A DNA stretch of 64,000 nucleotides from Octopus vulgaris (taxonomy: Eukaryota), in contig OX597817.1 of NCBI GenBank assembly GCA_951406725.2, positions 88,350,001 to 88,414,000 on the forward strand, written 5' to 3'. The notes below the pieces were generated by a model. That model worked only from the letters and a program-made list of their open reading frames with translations. It was not told where the DNA came from and ran no database searches. Below, one piece after another: positions 35,576 through 49,540 of the stretch (within the stretch, counting starts at the first letter, position 1; each line of letters starts with the position of its first letter). A program made the position numbers and the translations under genes.

Positions 35576-37849
35576 ATTTGTAAGGTTGTTTTTTTTTTTA
35601 TGTCAGTTTTCTCCCCTTGTATTTAATTTCATATGCCAGTTTCAATCTTTGAAAAATTTTGTAATATTCTCATTTTTTTTAAAGCTTCTCATGCACCATA
35701 GTTTTCCTAGACATTACATCTGTACATCTTCTGCTCTCATTGGACTAGTCTAAATGAATCAAATCCAGGACACTATTTTTATTTAAAGAATTAAATTGCT
35801 AAATATTTGTAAGAGTCATATTTTTTTCCTTTTATTTCTTTCTATATCATTAAAAACAAATTTTATTCTAGTCACATTCATATGTGTGTGTGTATATAAC
35901 ATGATGTATGTGTGTATAATATGGGACTGAACCTCAAACCATGTGATTGGGAAGCAAGCTTCTTACCACATAGCCATGTCTACAACTATATGTTAAGTTT
36001 ACTATTAAATCTTTGGGTCAAATCACACATCACAATGGCAGATTCCCAAAAACCTTGCAGTTTCATATTATGTTTATTCATATACATTGAAAACTCTTTG
36101 AAAAATATAAATTCACTGGACCAAGTATAATGATTTAGCTACAGAAAAATCATGCTCTATGCTTTCCAAATTTAAAAGTAATCATTTAAAGATTCAACAA
36201 GTCGTTCATGTAATTAGCTATGTCTCAGCTAATGTAAATAATTAAACCGCTGTAAACTTATTCCACTTCATTTAAAAGTTATTTAAATACTTGTTTATGC
36301 CAAGCCCTTTGGTTCCTATTTTACATGGATAGCCCCACCTAGCCACTTGATGTTTAAAAAATATTTTTACTATTAAATATTATTAGGAATTATATAGAAG
36401 AAAATTGTTATAACATTTTGTGCATTGCAGAAGTGAAACCAATATATTACAGATAAATTTTAACAAAATCTTATATGGACCCCAGTTGAGAAGCACTAAT
36501 TTAGAACTACCATATTAGAGGACCCAACAGTTGAAACTGAAACAATTTTTGACAAATCACTTTGTCTTTCATGAAACATTTTAGCTATACAGTTATGTCA
36601 TGTATGTATTTTTCTGGCATGCTTAGAGGCAAATTCCCTTACTTAAATTTCTCATGAACAGAATCTGTAAAAATATTGTGCAACTATAGTTAACTAAGTT
36701 AATAACAATATCAGAGGTTTTATCATGAAAAAATGAGAAAAGTTATAGCTATTTAAGTGTTGAACATGATTTTGTAAGTGAGGCTGGGTTAACTGGTAGC
36801 TAAAAATTTGTTCTGGCAGCATGTCATTTCCCACATAAAACCAACCACAATATTTAGTTTTAATGACTCGGTTTTATTTTCATATTGATGTTACAATGTT
36901 ACATGCCAAATGCTGATATGCTGAATGCCAGCAGTTTGTGTGTGAGAATGTGTTTGATGAGAGGAAAAATATGTAAGTCATGAGACTTAGTGAAGTAATC
37001 TTTTAGCCTAAGGTCAAAGTGGTATAATGGAATTGAAGGCTTGTGATACCTGTGGAGTATCTCCTCCCATTACAATTATTTCTGTAGTCTTAAGGAACTG
37101 GAACTAGAATAAGAAGCTTACAAGTGGAGTGCAATTCCGTAGTGGCATGACTGCTGGTTGACCAAGAAAACCTCTGCTGTCCTCTGCCAGTGCTTGCTCT
37201 CCTCTAGTTTGTATTTTATAACCATCATTTGGTACAAAACTTCACTGAATTTTTCATTACTCTTAACACCAACACAAATGCACAAGGACAATGATTGGCT
37301 AAAATGTAGGCTAAGATTGCTGTCATAACCTTCACTTGTTACTGGGCTGACGTGGTTTGAATGCTTAGTACTACTACATTAGCATTAATTTCCATAACTT
37401 TATCTCTGACAGTATTCTTGTTTACTGTTAATTCATTCATGCACTTTATAATTAATTTTTTCTTCTGAAAAAAATTTTTAAAAAACGATGCATCATTTAG
37501 TAATTTTCCATGATTAACAATAGTTTATGAAATACTAAAACTTGCACTTACTATATGCGATGGTCCTATTAAGAATTTCAATATGTTCTTTGATTGGGAA
37601 TGTTTCTCTTTTAGCTGTTGTGTCATATATTATTTGAAATCTTAAGTGTCAAAATACTAACTTTCTAATTTCTATTCATAGTTAACTTGTCACACAGTAT
37701 ATAAACAACTTTGTCCATCCTTATCAACAACATTGTATTGCATAGTCAATCAATTTCATCTCCTTCCTTTTTGTAATAATTTAATTTTTCTATGGGCAAT
37801 TGATATTATGATTTGAAGAACTGAAGGAAAAATATTAAAATCCTGCCCT

Positions 37850-38180
37850 TGTGAGATCAATGTCCATCATCTGGGATGCCACATGCTGTGACATCTTCTC
37901 CAGTGGCAATTTGGAGTGTTCAGCCTGCTGCTCACTGGGCTGAAAAAAGCAAACTGTCAAAATGTCGATCACTCTCTGACAGGTATAGGTCAGGTCTGTG
38001 GCAGTGGAGACCTCTAATGTTCTCTGCCCCCAGATCATATCCCTGCTCACTGCTATCAGGGTGGAGATGGCTATTCACAAGTGTGAGCCCCGTGAGTCAG
38101 GGTAGCTGTTGCAGTGCATCCTCCTTGCCAGCCTGCAGGCCAACGCCTTTTCCATTTTGTCTGCCGGGACCATGGAACAT
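37850..38180 (+). mobile_element. CRE-clade non-LTR retrotransposon REL-endonuclease remnant
   Basis: Across frames: SIIWDATCCDIF..AAHWAEKSKLSKCRSLSDRY..SVAVETSNVLCPR..CEPRESG.LLQCILLASLQANAFSIL. Confidence 0.7.
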
Positions 38181-39174
38181 TCTGAATTACAGGAAATTGA
38201 GAGAATGTAATAATTTTGTAGCTTACTACACAAACAATTAACTTATAATCTATTTTACAAAACAATGTAGAAAAAATAGGTCAACCTTCATACTTGTAAT
38301 ACAACTTTTAATTTATTGCTTGTAATATGAAATATAAAGTTCTTTGTCATTGGTGTTGTGCAAGAGTGCACCACCCCCTGGCAAGAATGGACTGGACCAC
38401 TACATATAAATGATAGCAGTCTGAATAAGTGAGACAGTGAGTGGGTGTGGTCTCCATTCATTGATGAAATATTTCCCAGGTTCAGCTGTTTTGGTAAACT
38501 GGAATGCTGGATCAGGCGCAGACCAAGGCTGGGAGCTTGGCAAGCAGACTGTTGACAGGCGCTCGTGCTTCTCTCCTGAATGAGCAATGTCAGTGGAAGG
38601 GGTACCACCTTGCATACTATAGAGGGCAAATGTGATGATGGCTTGGGTGAGACTCTGGGTTTTGATGAAAGTCAGCTTGCCAACCTGCATCGAAGGACTT
38701 CGATGGATTGTTGGTTCTTAAAAGATTATTGTTACGTTACATGTGGTTACTGCCATTTGTTTCGATTATATTATTACACTGTTGCAGTGTATTCGTTTAT
38801 CCACAAGGATATAACAACTGGAGATTACATAATGTTTATATTTTAAAATTCTGTGTCAAATTTAATAACTTTTTAATCCATGGTATTGCAGTCCATTTCA
38901 TGTCACCTAAAAAGACACTGTATGTCATTGGTGGCATATATCTTAGGTTCACCAGCTTTGGTCTAACATATGTGATATTACTAGTTGAAAATCCTTGATT
39001 ACTACTGATTATCAATACAATTAGTTGACAAACACTTCTTCTAAGGATTTTAAAATTAGGAAAACAAGGAGATGAATAAGATAAAGTGTATATAAATTCA
39101 CATACATATGCTTGACAGATCTACACTCACTTTGCTGTACAAATACTCTATGGTTAGACAATAGGAAGTGAAAA

Positions 39175-39535
39175 TGTATGGCTTAGTGGTTAGGGTGTTT
39201 GGCTCGTGATTATAAGGTCATGAGTTTGATTCCAAGTGCATGTTTGTCCTTGAGTAAGACACTTTATTTCATGTTGCTCCAGTTCACTCAGCTGTAAAAA
39301 TGAGTTGTACCTGTAATTCCTGTAAATGTACCTGTTGTACATTTTGTTGTACCTGTAAATGAGTTGTACCAGCCTTATCTCATTCTGTGTCACACTGAAT
39401 CTCCCTGAGAAGTATGTTAAGGGTATGCATGTCTGTGGAATGTTCAGTTACTTGTATGTTAATTTGATTAGCAGGTTATTATCCATTGATCAGATAAACT
39501 GGAACACTCGTCATTGTAACTGACAGAATGCCAAT
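39175..39535 (+). mobile_element. tRNA-derived SINE (second family)
   Basis: Head tggcttagtggttagggtgtttggctcgtgattataaggtcatgagtttgattcc; internal gagttgtacctgtaa repeats. Confidence 0.7.
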
Positions 39536-40321
39536 TCAAACATTAGGACTCTCTTGGCACAAGGTAAATATCCTCTCGTCCCTTGTAGGTTCCAGATGAG
39601 TGCTGACATATCCTATGTTTCCCAGAAGAATGGCCTTCCTCTTCCAGAAGGTTCTGAACTGCCATCAGAATATCCTTAACTTTGAATTGTCATCAATGTT
39701 TTTGTAACTTTGCTTTTTTTTAGGTAGGGATGGGTGTTGGCCCTGCACAAACCTATTTTTACTGCTGGGAAGAGGTGGTCCATATTGGCCTGGCTTATAT
39801 TAGGATTTTGTGCTCCACTGCCATAACTTTTAGGGCCTTCAGGGCAAATAAGCCATCATGCATCCTATAAACAAACCTGGTGGTTTAATCCACAGAGTAC
39901 AGCTATAGAGTGAGACTGATTGTAGTTATTTTAACTTCAGTAAGATTGGTTTCAAATTTTGGCACAAACCCAGCAATTTTGGAGGAGGGAATAAGTCAAT
40001 TACATCAACCCCAGCACTCAACTGGTACTTATTTAATCAACTCCAAAAGGATGAAAAGCAAAGTCGACCTCTACGGAAATTAACTTCAGTAAGATTAGGT
40101 GATCAACATTTTTGGACAATATAAACAATGTCAACCTTTCTGTATTGCTTTTTTTGTTTTTTGAACTTAAGTGATAATTTACAATATTTTGTTGAATTAA
40201 ACACTGAGAAATAAATAAGTAAAAAATAAATATATTGTCAAGTTTATCTAAACAAATTAACCAGATCAAAACTGGATGGCTGAAGTATATGAAGACTAGT
40301 TATACATTTCTCATATATAGC

Positions 40322-40360
<39 letters not shown>

Positions 40361-40670
40361 CTCTCTCTCCCTCCCATTTTCCCTCACCCCCCTCTCTCAT
40401 AAGCATAAATATCTACATTGTCATTTAGATCATTGCTTTTTTCCAACCCTCTATGTCATGAGCTCATTTTCTGGGGGATTCAAACAGTAATTATAAGCTA
40501 TATTTTGTCCTATGTCTCAAAGCAATGGTCTCAACCATTTTTAGCTCCTGATTTCATTCTAGACAATTTTTCAACAGACTGAGTAACCACATACACCACA
40601 AACAATAAAGTGCATAATATATAATTTAATTATTACATATATATAATACATATATTGCACATATAAACAA

Positions 40671-42446
40671 CTAACAGAAGTACCTGGCATTACCTGTGTT
40701 AAAGAGAATAATGAAATTTAAAAACGTTGCCTAGATTATGAAGGTCTCAACTGCTAGTAGCTGAGATACCAACTTTCTACATTAATAATTCTCCAACCCA
40801 TGCCAGCATGGAACAGACATTAAGTGAGATGTTAAAAGAAAGTTTTCAACTCATATATGTATATAAAGTAAATGCATGTAATTCAAAAACATATTTTGTG
40901 TAGCTTATTTCGTAACCAAAACACAGGTACAGATTATAAACAATGAATGGCTGATTGTGGTGATTCATTTGACAGAGGTAGTAGAGAGTCAATCCAATGA
41001 TAAATCTGACCGTGGATCTTGAAAGTTTGCATGAATCCTGGCTCAGTTAAGTCTCTTGTGGCTCCAAATGTCATCTGTAGTGCAACATTGTATTGTCTAA
41101 TTTTGTTTTGGAAGTGCTTGGAATCTTGGTCAGTTGATGATAACAGTTTCTTCAATGGCTCTGGAGGTTGGAGGATTGCAGGGAGTTTAACATTTCTTCC
41201 ACTGCAGCACAGTGCAGGTATCTCTCCAGGCCCTTCCTTGCTTTATACTGTATGCACTCAGTTGTCATTGCACCAATGGAAACTCTAGTATCATCTGCAT
41301 AATGAAAGCTGCTTCATAGAAGTTGCTTCTCTGAGCTATTGCAACTGCTCTTTGTTCTGCAGTAGAGATCCTATTCATTGTCAGCTGTGTAAGTGCACAG
41401 TCTGTTCGTTTCTTGGTATGCTTTCCTTTCTGCAGCTGTCTCTCTTTCCTTGGACAGAGACATTTTCTTGGCCGACCATGACATTGTAGACAAATTTGAC
41501 CCTTTCCTTCTAGGCATGGTTATATATGTATACAGAAATACAAAGGTGCAGAAGATAGTAAGCAATGAAAATAACTGAGTAACAGAAATTATATTTTTCA
41601 ATTACGACAAGCAAAAGGTAAATAAGATATTTTTGCAGAAAATAGAGAATTGTACAGGTTGAAACAAAATTTGTCAGTGAACCAAAGAGACAGTATTGAA
41701 AGAATCAGCAAACAGAAAAACACAAAACCTTTGCAAAAGTAAATAAGAAATTTTTAGGGAAATTAATGAAGTGTACGGATTTGAGTGAAATTTTTTAAGT
41801 TACTTCTGTCAGTAAGTTATGTATGAAATAATTTTCATCAGTAACTGTGAACTTCTTTCTGTCAGTAATTTGTCATGGTTGTTTGTAAATAGCAATTGAA
41901 AACTTACAGTGAAAACAATAGCATCTGAAAAATTGAAGTGAAAACAATAGAGAGTGAGTGAGATATAGAGAGAGGGGAGAGAGAGAGAGAGAGAGCTAGC
42001 TAGTTAGACAAATGAGATATAGATAGATAGATAGGATATAGACAGATAGATACAGAGAGATAGATAGATATAGAGATAGAGAGATAGAGATGTGGATAGT
42101 GAGATATAGACGTCACTGATGCTAAAAAACATGGAAGTAGATATTTTTTAAAACTTTCAAAGACTTGAATCTAATATATGAAATATTTTTTTTGATGACC
42201 AATGGATGTAAGGGAAATAATCTATTTCTGAAAGTTACTCTGCAAAGAGTTACCTCCCTTCTCCACGTAACCCAGGAACCGGTGTTTTCTTCCCCTATGC
42301 AACCCGTTACTCATTATGTGAGAAATCTTAAGAGTCTAAAACCATCCCTGGAACATAAGTAATGTATGTTCTCAGTTTGGAGAAAAGCAGTTGAAAAATA
42401 CGGTCATTATAATGACACACACACAGAACGGGATTTATATTATAGC
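40671..42446 (-). mobile_element. Internally deleted Helitron retaining the Rep/helicase N-terminal coding remnant
   Basis: MPRRKGSNLSTMS..; CCSGRNVKLPAILQPPEPLKKLL..SKHFQNKIRQYN..FKIHGQIYHWIDSLLP (Helitron Rep N-terminal motif). Degenerate 3' hairpin plus CTAG-like end near 40671; 5' end near 42446. Confidence 0.8.
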
Positions 42447-44389
42447 TAATGCAAAAGGACCCTGCAAATTGTAATAGTCAATAAAATAGAAATAAAATTT
42501 ATTCTTTCTGTGCAGCACAATATCAGATGATCCATTTGTTAGTCCAAAACCTGTAGTTTAGGGACCTCTGCCTTAAAGAATAACTACTGTTTCAATCATA
42601 ATTTTACACACACACACTTTTGTCTATCTGCAAAATGTCTCTTACTTTGGATTGTATAATATAGCCTTTCCATCAAATGAAGACAACAGAAACATGTCAA
42701 GAGAACGAGAAAAATCTATACAAAGAAGTTGGGAGATGCAAAAACATTGGCAGAACACATTATTGGTTATTGACTATTGATTTCTATACTCTGAAGATAA
42801 AATGGAAATATACTCCACAAATTGCTAAAACTCAACAAAACAGTATTTTTATATCTATTTCAGCAGAGAGAAGAAAGGATGACAACTTTCCATCTAGCAT
42901 GAATGTCTGTACTTACCAACAGTTTAGTCATCTGATAGTGTGTCATAGACTAACTGTGGGCCTTTTTTTTTTGCTTCTTTCCAGTTGGATCCCTACTTTT
43001 TTAGTGCTGTTTCAGTATTCTTCCTCCAGCTATTTTTGGGCATTCTCTATTCTGCTTCCCTTATCGGTTCCAGGTCAGGGCCAAACATGTCATATGTTTC
43101 TCTGAGGGATGGCCTTTCTCTCCCAAGAGGTTATCATCAATGTTTCTATAACTTTGCTTCCTTTTCTAGGCAGGAGTGTTGACCTTATGCAAATCCAATT
43201 TTATTGTTGGTAAGAGGAGGTCCATATTATTCTGGCTACTCTCCTTTGACCTATCCAGCATGAGAGTCCCTACAAAGAAGTTATGCTCTGCTGGCATAGC
43301 TCCCAGAATTATTGAGGAATACAAGTCACCAAACTACATCAAGGATTGGACCCTGTTGTGGAATTTCATTACCTTAGTCTTCATGTAAACTGCTTACCCT
43401 TTTACATAGCACAGGAGAGGGGAAATGAGCAATGTTTGAGTGTGAACAAAGGAAAGATGAGCCCCAAGCTTCTGAATGGTACTGATGATTGACAGGTGTA
43501 GGTGGATTTGCATTAAGCACTTATGGTCCCAAGCTATAGTGCACAAATGAAACAATGCACTGAGCTTATGGCATGACAAAAAGTCCCATCTGTGGAGTTT
43601 GTAGGCAATATGACATGAGTTTATGAAAGTAAGGGCCTAAAACATGAAGGGCTTAGGGAACCACCAATTTCCAAGACTTGCTCTAAAACAAATACTATGG
43701 CTGTGATTAAAGATTATTCAGGGTATATGTAATACAGGAACAATAAGTAACATCATCATCATCATCATCATCATCACTGTTAATGTCTAGTCTTCCATGC
43801 TTACATGGGTCAGACTGAGTTTGGCGAAGCAGATTTTCTATGGTCAGATGCCCTTCCTTTCTCCTACCTTAACCAGCTCCAAGTAAGTTAATAATTCCCC
43901 ATGGTCAGGCAAGTCTCCATAGAAGAGTAGAAACAAAGGATCTTGTTTGTATGAAGGTGACTCTCATTTACAACTATCATGTGACATCAGGACAAGGAAA
44001 CACAAATGCATACACACATATCCTCCTCATCATCATAATTTAGCATCAATGTTCCATGTTGGCATGATTTGACAGGATCCAATGTGTCCAGTGTCCATTT
44101 TGGCATGGTTTCTATGGCTGGATACCTTTTCTAATTCCAACCACTTTACAGCAAGGACTAAATTTCCATCTACCAAATTCACTCACATGGTTTTGGTTAT
44201 CCTGGGACTTTAGTAGAAGACACTTGTCCAAGGTGTCACGCTGTGGAACTGAATCAGAAACCATGTGTTTGGGAAACAAACTTCTTAACCACACAGCCAT
44301 GCCTGCACCAAAATAGAGCAGATAAATCAAAGAAATTTGTTTGTCTCAGTGAAGTTATAAGTCTCTTTGTTTCTTATTTTGTTTTGCAG

Positions 44390-44473
44390 CTAAACTGTAG
44401 CATAAAAATATTTTTTCTTGTAAAAGTGGAAGAACAATGATGAAATTGTTCCAAGAACCACAATTTTAATCAG
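44390..44473 (+). other. Candidate non-coding (5' UTR) exon of the + strand gene
   Basis: Acceptor tctttgtttcttattttgttttgcag| and donor CAG|gtaagt. Alternative donor ATG|gtgagt at 44582. Unique sequence with no long ORF. Confidence 0.4.
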
Positions 44474-44654
44474 GTAAGTTGTGGGAGAACAAAATATATG
44501 TATTTACAGATGGTAATATGTTACTGGAACCAGAAGTAACATTAATGATCTAGATAAATGTTATTAATGATGAGAGGAGATGGTGAGTAACTATTATGTA
44601 ACCTTTTAGAAATCACATTACTCTGTCAACTGTATTGCTTATTTATTCAAATTG

Positions 44655-45576
44655 CTCAAATGGATGTGTCATGTCAGTGTGCATACTCAGCAGAGTGTAA
44701 GTACCTTGAGAGAAAAGTTGGACCTAAGAAGCATCAGATGTGGTGTGCAAGAGAGACGACTGTGCTGGTATGGTCATGTGGTGAGAATGGATGAGGATAG
44801 TTGAGTGAAAAAGTGCCACACCCTGGTGGTTGAGGGAACCTGTGGAAGAGGTAGACCCAGGAAGACCTGGGATGAGGTGGTGAAGCATGGCCTTCGAACA
44901 TTTGCCTCACTGAGGCAATCACTAATGACCGAGACCTTTGGAAATATGCTGTGCTTGAGAAGACCTGGCAAGCCAAGTGAGACCATAACCTCGTGACCAA
45001 TGCCAGGGGTGTAACCAGCCCACTTATGCATACCTTTCCTTCATTGGGACACTAAACTCTGCTTGTGAAGACCTGTTGAGGCAAGTGAAATTGAAATCGA
45101 AATCAAATTCGATGACCGGCATCTGTTGCTAGTGGAGCGCTAAGAGCACCATCCGAGCGTGATCGTTGCCAGAGCAGCTAACTGGCTTCCATGCCAGTGG
45201 CACATAAAAAGCACCATTCAAGTGTGATCATTACCAGTGTTGCCTTATTGGCATTTGTACCGGTGGCACATGAAAAAATATTCGAGCGAGGCTGTTGCCA
45301 GTGCCACTGGACTGGCTCCTGTCCAGGTGACACGTAAAAAACACCATTTGAGCGTGGCTGTTGCCAGTACCACCTGACTGACTCTCGTGCTGGTGGCACA
45401 TAAAAGCACCCACTACACTTTCAGAGTGGTTAGCATTATGAAGGGCATCATGCTGTAGAAACTCTGCCGGATTAGATTGGAGCCTGGTGCAGCCATCTGT
45501 TTCACCAGTCCTCAGTCAAATTGTCCAACCCATGCTAGCATGGAAAGCGGACGTTAAATGATGATGATGATGATGA
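44655..45576 (+). mobile_element. RTE LINE 3' end (older subfamily)
   Basis: KKCHTLVVEGTCGRGRPRKTWDEVVKH; 3' UTR; aacccatgctagcatggaaagcggacgttaaa(TGA)n tail. Confidence 0.88.
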
Positions 45577-46859
45577 TTATTATTATTTCAAATTAATAAG
45601 GTATTATCTCAAAGCTTCAAGATTTTAGTGATGAGTTTGTCTATTTTTAGAATGATATTGTAGGATACATGTAAGAGGCCATATCTGGCCAGTTTCATCA
45701 TAAAATAGGTCAAATATTTGGGTCAGATATGGCCTGTTTAAATTCTAAAGGATTGAGCTAAAAAAAACAAAACATTGTAAATGCAGGATATACTATCTTT
45801 CATTCCTCACCAGACAGAATCTTTTCATGAACAATGGTTTCAAGGATATTTTTCAGTGGAGATTGGAAAACTTTGTCTTTTCTGACAGCATGATGACACA
45901 TAGCAAGGGAAATCTTGTACATCGTTCTCTTTAGTCATGATTCACATACAACTAAATCCCAAAGTTGTTAAAGAGATTAGGTGTCACAATCTCTCACATT
46001 TCTCTTATGGCAACCTTATATATATATAACATTGTCACAAAGGCTAGGAATCCTTTTTAGATGAAAGGAATTGGTTTCATCTATGGAATAACACTACTGC
46101 TTTAAATATAAAAAACTCAGCTGGTTAAAACATCGTGTTAATAATGTGAATGTCATGGGTTCAACCCCATACTGGCCAATACAGTCTGTTTCCATTTTTG
46201 TCCAGTCCATGCCAGCATGGAAAATGGACATTAAATGATGATGATGATGATGATACAAGAAAGTATCCAAAAGAAGTCCATTCAGTTGATTGATTTACTC
46301 CCCAATATTCTTTAAGTATCATTCAAATATATACTATTACCTCTCTCTGCTTCTCCTACCCCTACTTCTCTGAACTACTTACATGTAGACACTCTTCATC
46401 TTGACCCAGACATCTCCCTACCCACTGCCACCGTTACTGTGTCTCATGCTCAAGGTCTTGCACTAAACACTTTTTCCCAGCACTGCAGCCTTCTAGAATT
46501 CTTTTCCTATTTATGGTATTCCTTTAAACATTAACTGGTGTATATTGTGACTGACTATCAACTGCATCAACACCACTAATCTGGGAAGAGCCTGCAACAG
46601 TCAAGGACACGATCCCTCTTCTTCTGATTAGTTACTGGAAAAAAGTTAATGAGACAAAAAGAGTGAAGAAGAGTAAGAGGGTTGGTGATCAAGGTAAAAT
46701 ATATGTAAAAGGAAAGAAGGAAGAAAGAAAGAGAATATTGTGTTAAGAAAGCTGTTGTTATTATTGTCAGATATGATTCTATAATCAGAACAAGTGTGTT
46801 TACTATGTCTATCAATCAGTTAACATTGTCAAGAGAGAGGTTCTAATTGTTTTGCACAG

Positions 46860-46904
46860 ACTTATATTGATCTTCCTTAAGCTAAACAACACTGAAAGCT
46901 GAAG
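46860..46904 (+). other. Candidate 45-nt non-coding exon of the + strand gene
   Basis: Branch-like ttctaat, acceptor tgttttgcacag|, donor AAG|gtaatc. Stops in all three frames. Confidence 0.3.
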
Positions 46905-48014
46905 GTAATCAGTCGGATACATTGAACAAGACAAGCAAACCATAAATAACTAACTCAAACAACTTGAATCTTGACACGTAAAGTATCCAGTATTTTCTTG
47001 AGTCTTTTCATATTGACCATTATTCCATCATTCTTGTGATATTATTTTATCTTGCATTCACTGAAACTGAAAGTTCACTGCTATGGATATTTGTTTATTT
47101 ACTAAAGAAATGGGAAAGTTACAATAAGGTAAACCAAACATTATTTTATTAGCTGTGTTTTGTCTTAATGTTTATATGTCAGGTACATTATCTATATGAG
47201 GTACAAATGCAAAAATTGTAAAAAGAAACAGGATTCTATTACTGCGGCATGTTATTAACAAACATTGATAATGCATGTCTCCTACATTGCTTTCAAATTT
47301 TGGCACAAGGCCAGTAGGTTCAGGGGAGGGGTAAGTTAACTACATTAACTTCAGTGCTTAGCCAGTACTTATTTTATCAACTCCAAAAGGATGAAAAGCA
47401 AAATTGACCTTGAACTCAGAACATAAAGACAGTTGAAATAAATGCCACTAAGCATTTTGCATGGCATGCTAACCATTCTGCCAGCATGTAGCCTTAAGTG
47501 TCTTATATATCATTTGTAATGAACAAAAAATAAAAGAAGAAAAATGTTTCCCTTACAAGCATAAAGTCTGTGTGTTCATTCATTTTTCTGTTCATTTTTC
47601 AATGGTAGCATGGGTTTGATGAATATATTATTGAAGCATTACTTTATAGCTTCTCATACTTCTAATTATTCACTCTTACACACAGACATATGTAATGTAA
47701 ACACACACACGCACACACCTCTCTGAGAGGCTTTCTATAGTGTCCATCAACCAAATTCTCTCACAAGGTGTTGGTTGCCCTAGAGTTCTAGTAAAAGACA
47801 CTTACCCAGGTTGTTGCACAGGGGAACTGAACTTGATATCATATAGTTATTAAGCTAACTTCTTAATCTCACAGCCTAACCTGTATAATTATATTTATTA
47901 GGCTAATCTGTGTACTATTACCCAATGATGCAAATGTGAAACATAAATAATGACATATAACATTGTTGTAGCTATCAAATATATATATATACATGTATGT
48001 GTGTGTATGTGTGT

Positions 48015-49057
48015 GTATAACCTTTTCTATAACGTTATTCAATAAAGCCACCTTCAGCTTCAACAACTGCTTCTATATGAGATCTAAATCATCAACATGC
48101 TTGAATCGAGTAGTCCTGGTGCAATTTGGACATTACTCTGACTATGGTAGCTTTCAAAGAATCTTTGGTGTTTCAGCCATCCATTCTTGTGCGATTAGAG
48201 CCATGTGTGATAGTGTAGAGTCTTACTGAAACATATATGGCCTTCCATTGCATACACTGTCTATCCATTGCATACACTGATTCCAGGACCTCAATGTAGG
48301 CAGTAGAGTTAATTCTGAGGCCTTGTGGAAAGAAGTAAGGTGGTGTCACATGACCTTCATTTCTGACAATCCCTAAAACCATGACAGTTGCAGGAAATTT
48401 TGTATGCATAACACGTAGAACTTCAGAAGGGTATGTACATAATCATCTGTCATTTTTTCTGTTAACTTTTTGATCTTGGTTGAAGTTTTTCTCTTTTGAG
48501 AAAAACCAAATCAAATCTTCTTCTACTGGATTTTTCAGTTCATTTAAGAACCTTTTAGATTTGATGTAGTGATTTTCTTTTGCTGCTTCTGACAAATTGA
48601 CCTTTCCTCATCATATAAGACTTATATCTGATGTCTTCCCGGACAACATTTCTGACTGTTCCTTCTGACACATGGAGATCTTTTGAAATTGACCTCATGG
48701 ACCTTCTAGGATGGTAATCAATGGTCTGTTGAACTTGCTGGTTAAATTCAAATGTTCTGATGATTTCAGAGCATTTAAAATGTTTTTTTTATGTTTTGAT
48801 ACAAGTGATACGTTTCCATCTTCAGTCTCTAATGCTTTACAAACTTTGTAGATGAAAGATCTGGCAACTTGTAAAAATCAAGATATTTCTAAATCGCTAT
48901 GCTCAGCCTTTATAACCACAATAACAGCATGCCTCTTCATTTCCTGAGTAAGCTGAGGATCTTCCATTATTATATTCTGAAACAAAGATTATACAGAATG
49001 AGCAAAAAATGCAGTGTTGACCCCAAAACGTTATGTCCTCAAATACCTTATGCACCC

Positions 49058-49058
<1 letters not shown>
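48015..49058 (-). mobile_element. DD37D/maT-like transposon remnant
   Basis: HTKFPATVMVLGIVRNEGHVTPPYFFPQGLRINSTAYIEVL; WFFSKEKNFNQD; terminal (c)agggtgc near 49058. Confidence 0.8.
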
Positions 49059-49100
<42 letters not shown>

Positions 49101-49104
<4 letters not shown>

Positions 49105-49415
49105 GAGGTGCAATGGCCCAGTAGTTAGGGCAGCGGACTCGTGGTTATAAGATCGCGGTTTTGATTCCCAGACCACGCATTGTGAGTGTTTATTGAGCGA
49201 AAACACCTACAAATCTCCACGAGGCTCTGGCAGGGGATGGTGGCGATCCCTGCTGTACTCCTTCGCCACAACTTTCTCTCACTCTTTCTGCTGTTTGCCT
49301 GTTCGTTTAGCCAGCGGGGTGGCGTCATTTGAAGGCTAAAGTAATGCGAAGTGCATTGTGACCAGGGATGTGTAGCAACATCTGATAGCCTGGTCGGTCA
49401 CGGTGATCACGGTGA
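49101..49415 (+). mobile_element. tRNA-derived SINE (third family), well preserved
   Basis: A/B-box-like head ggaggtgcaatggcccagtagttagggcagcggac..ggttttgattccc; tail ggtcacggtgatcacggtga. Between (TA)n tracts. Confidence 0.78.
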
Positions 49416-49435
49416 TATATATATATATATATACA

Positions 49436-49469
<34 letters not shown>

Positions 49470-49471
49470 CA

Positions 49472-49505
<34 letters not shown>

Positions 49506-49540
49506 CATACATATATATAAATATATATATATATGTATAT

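Noticed and set aside
36560-37560. Possible DNA-transposon fossil
   Set aside because: No recognisable catalytic motif or TIR pair could be read.
49101-49175. tRNA-like sequence (also 39175, 10924 and 46115-46180)
   Set aside because: SINE heads or decayed tRNA-like fragments; I could not fold a complete cloverleaf.
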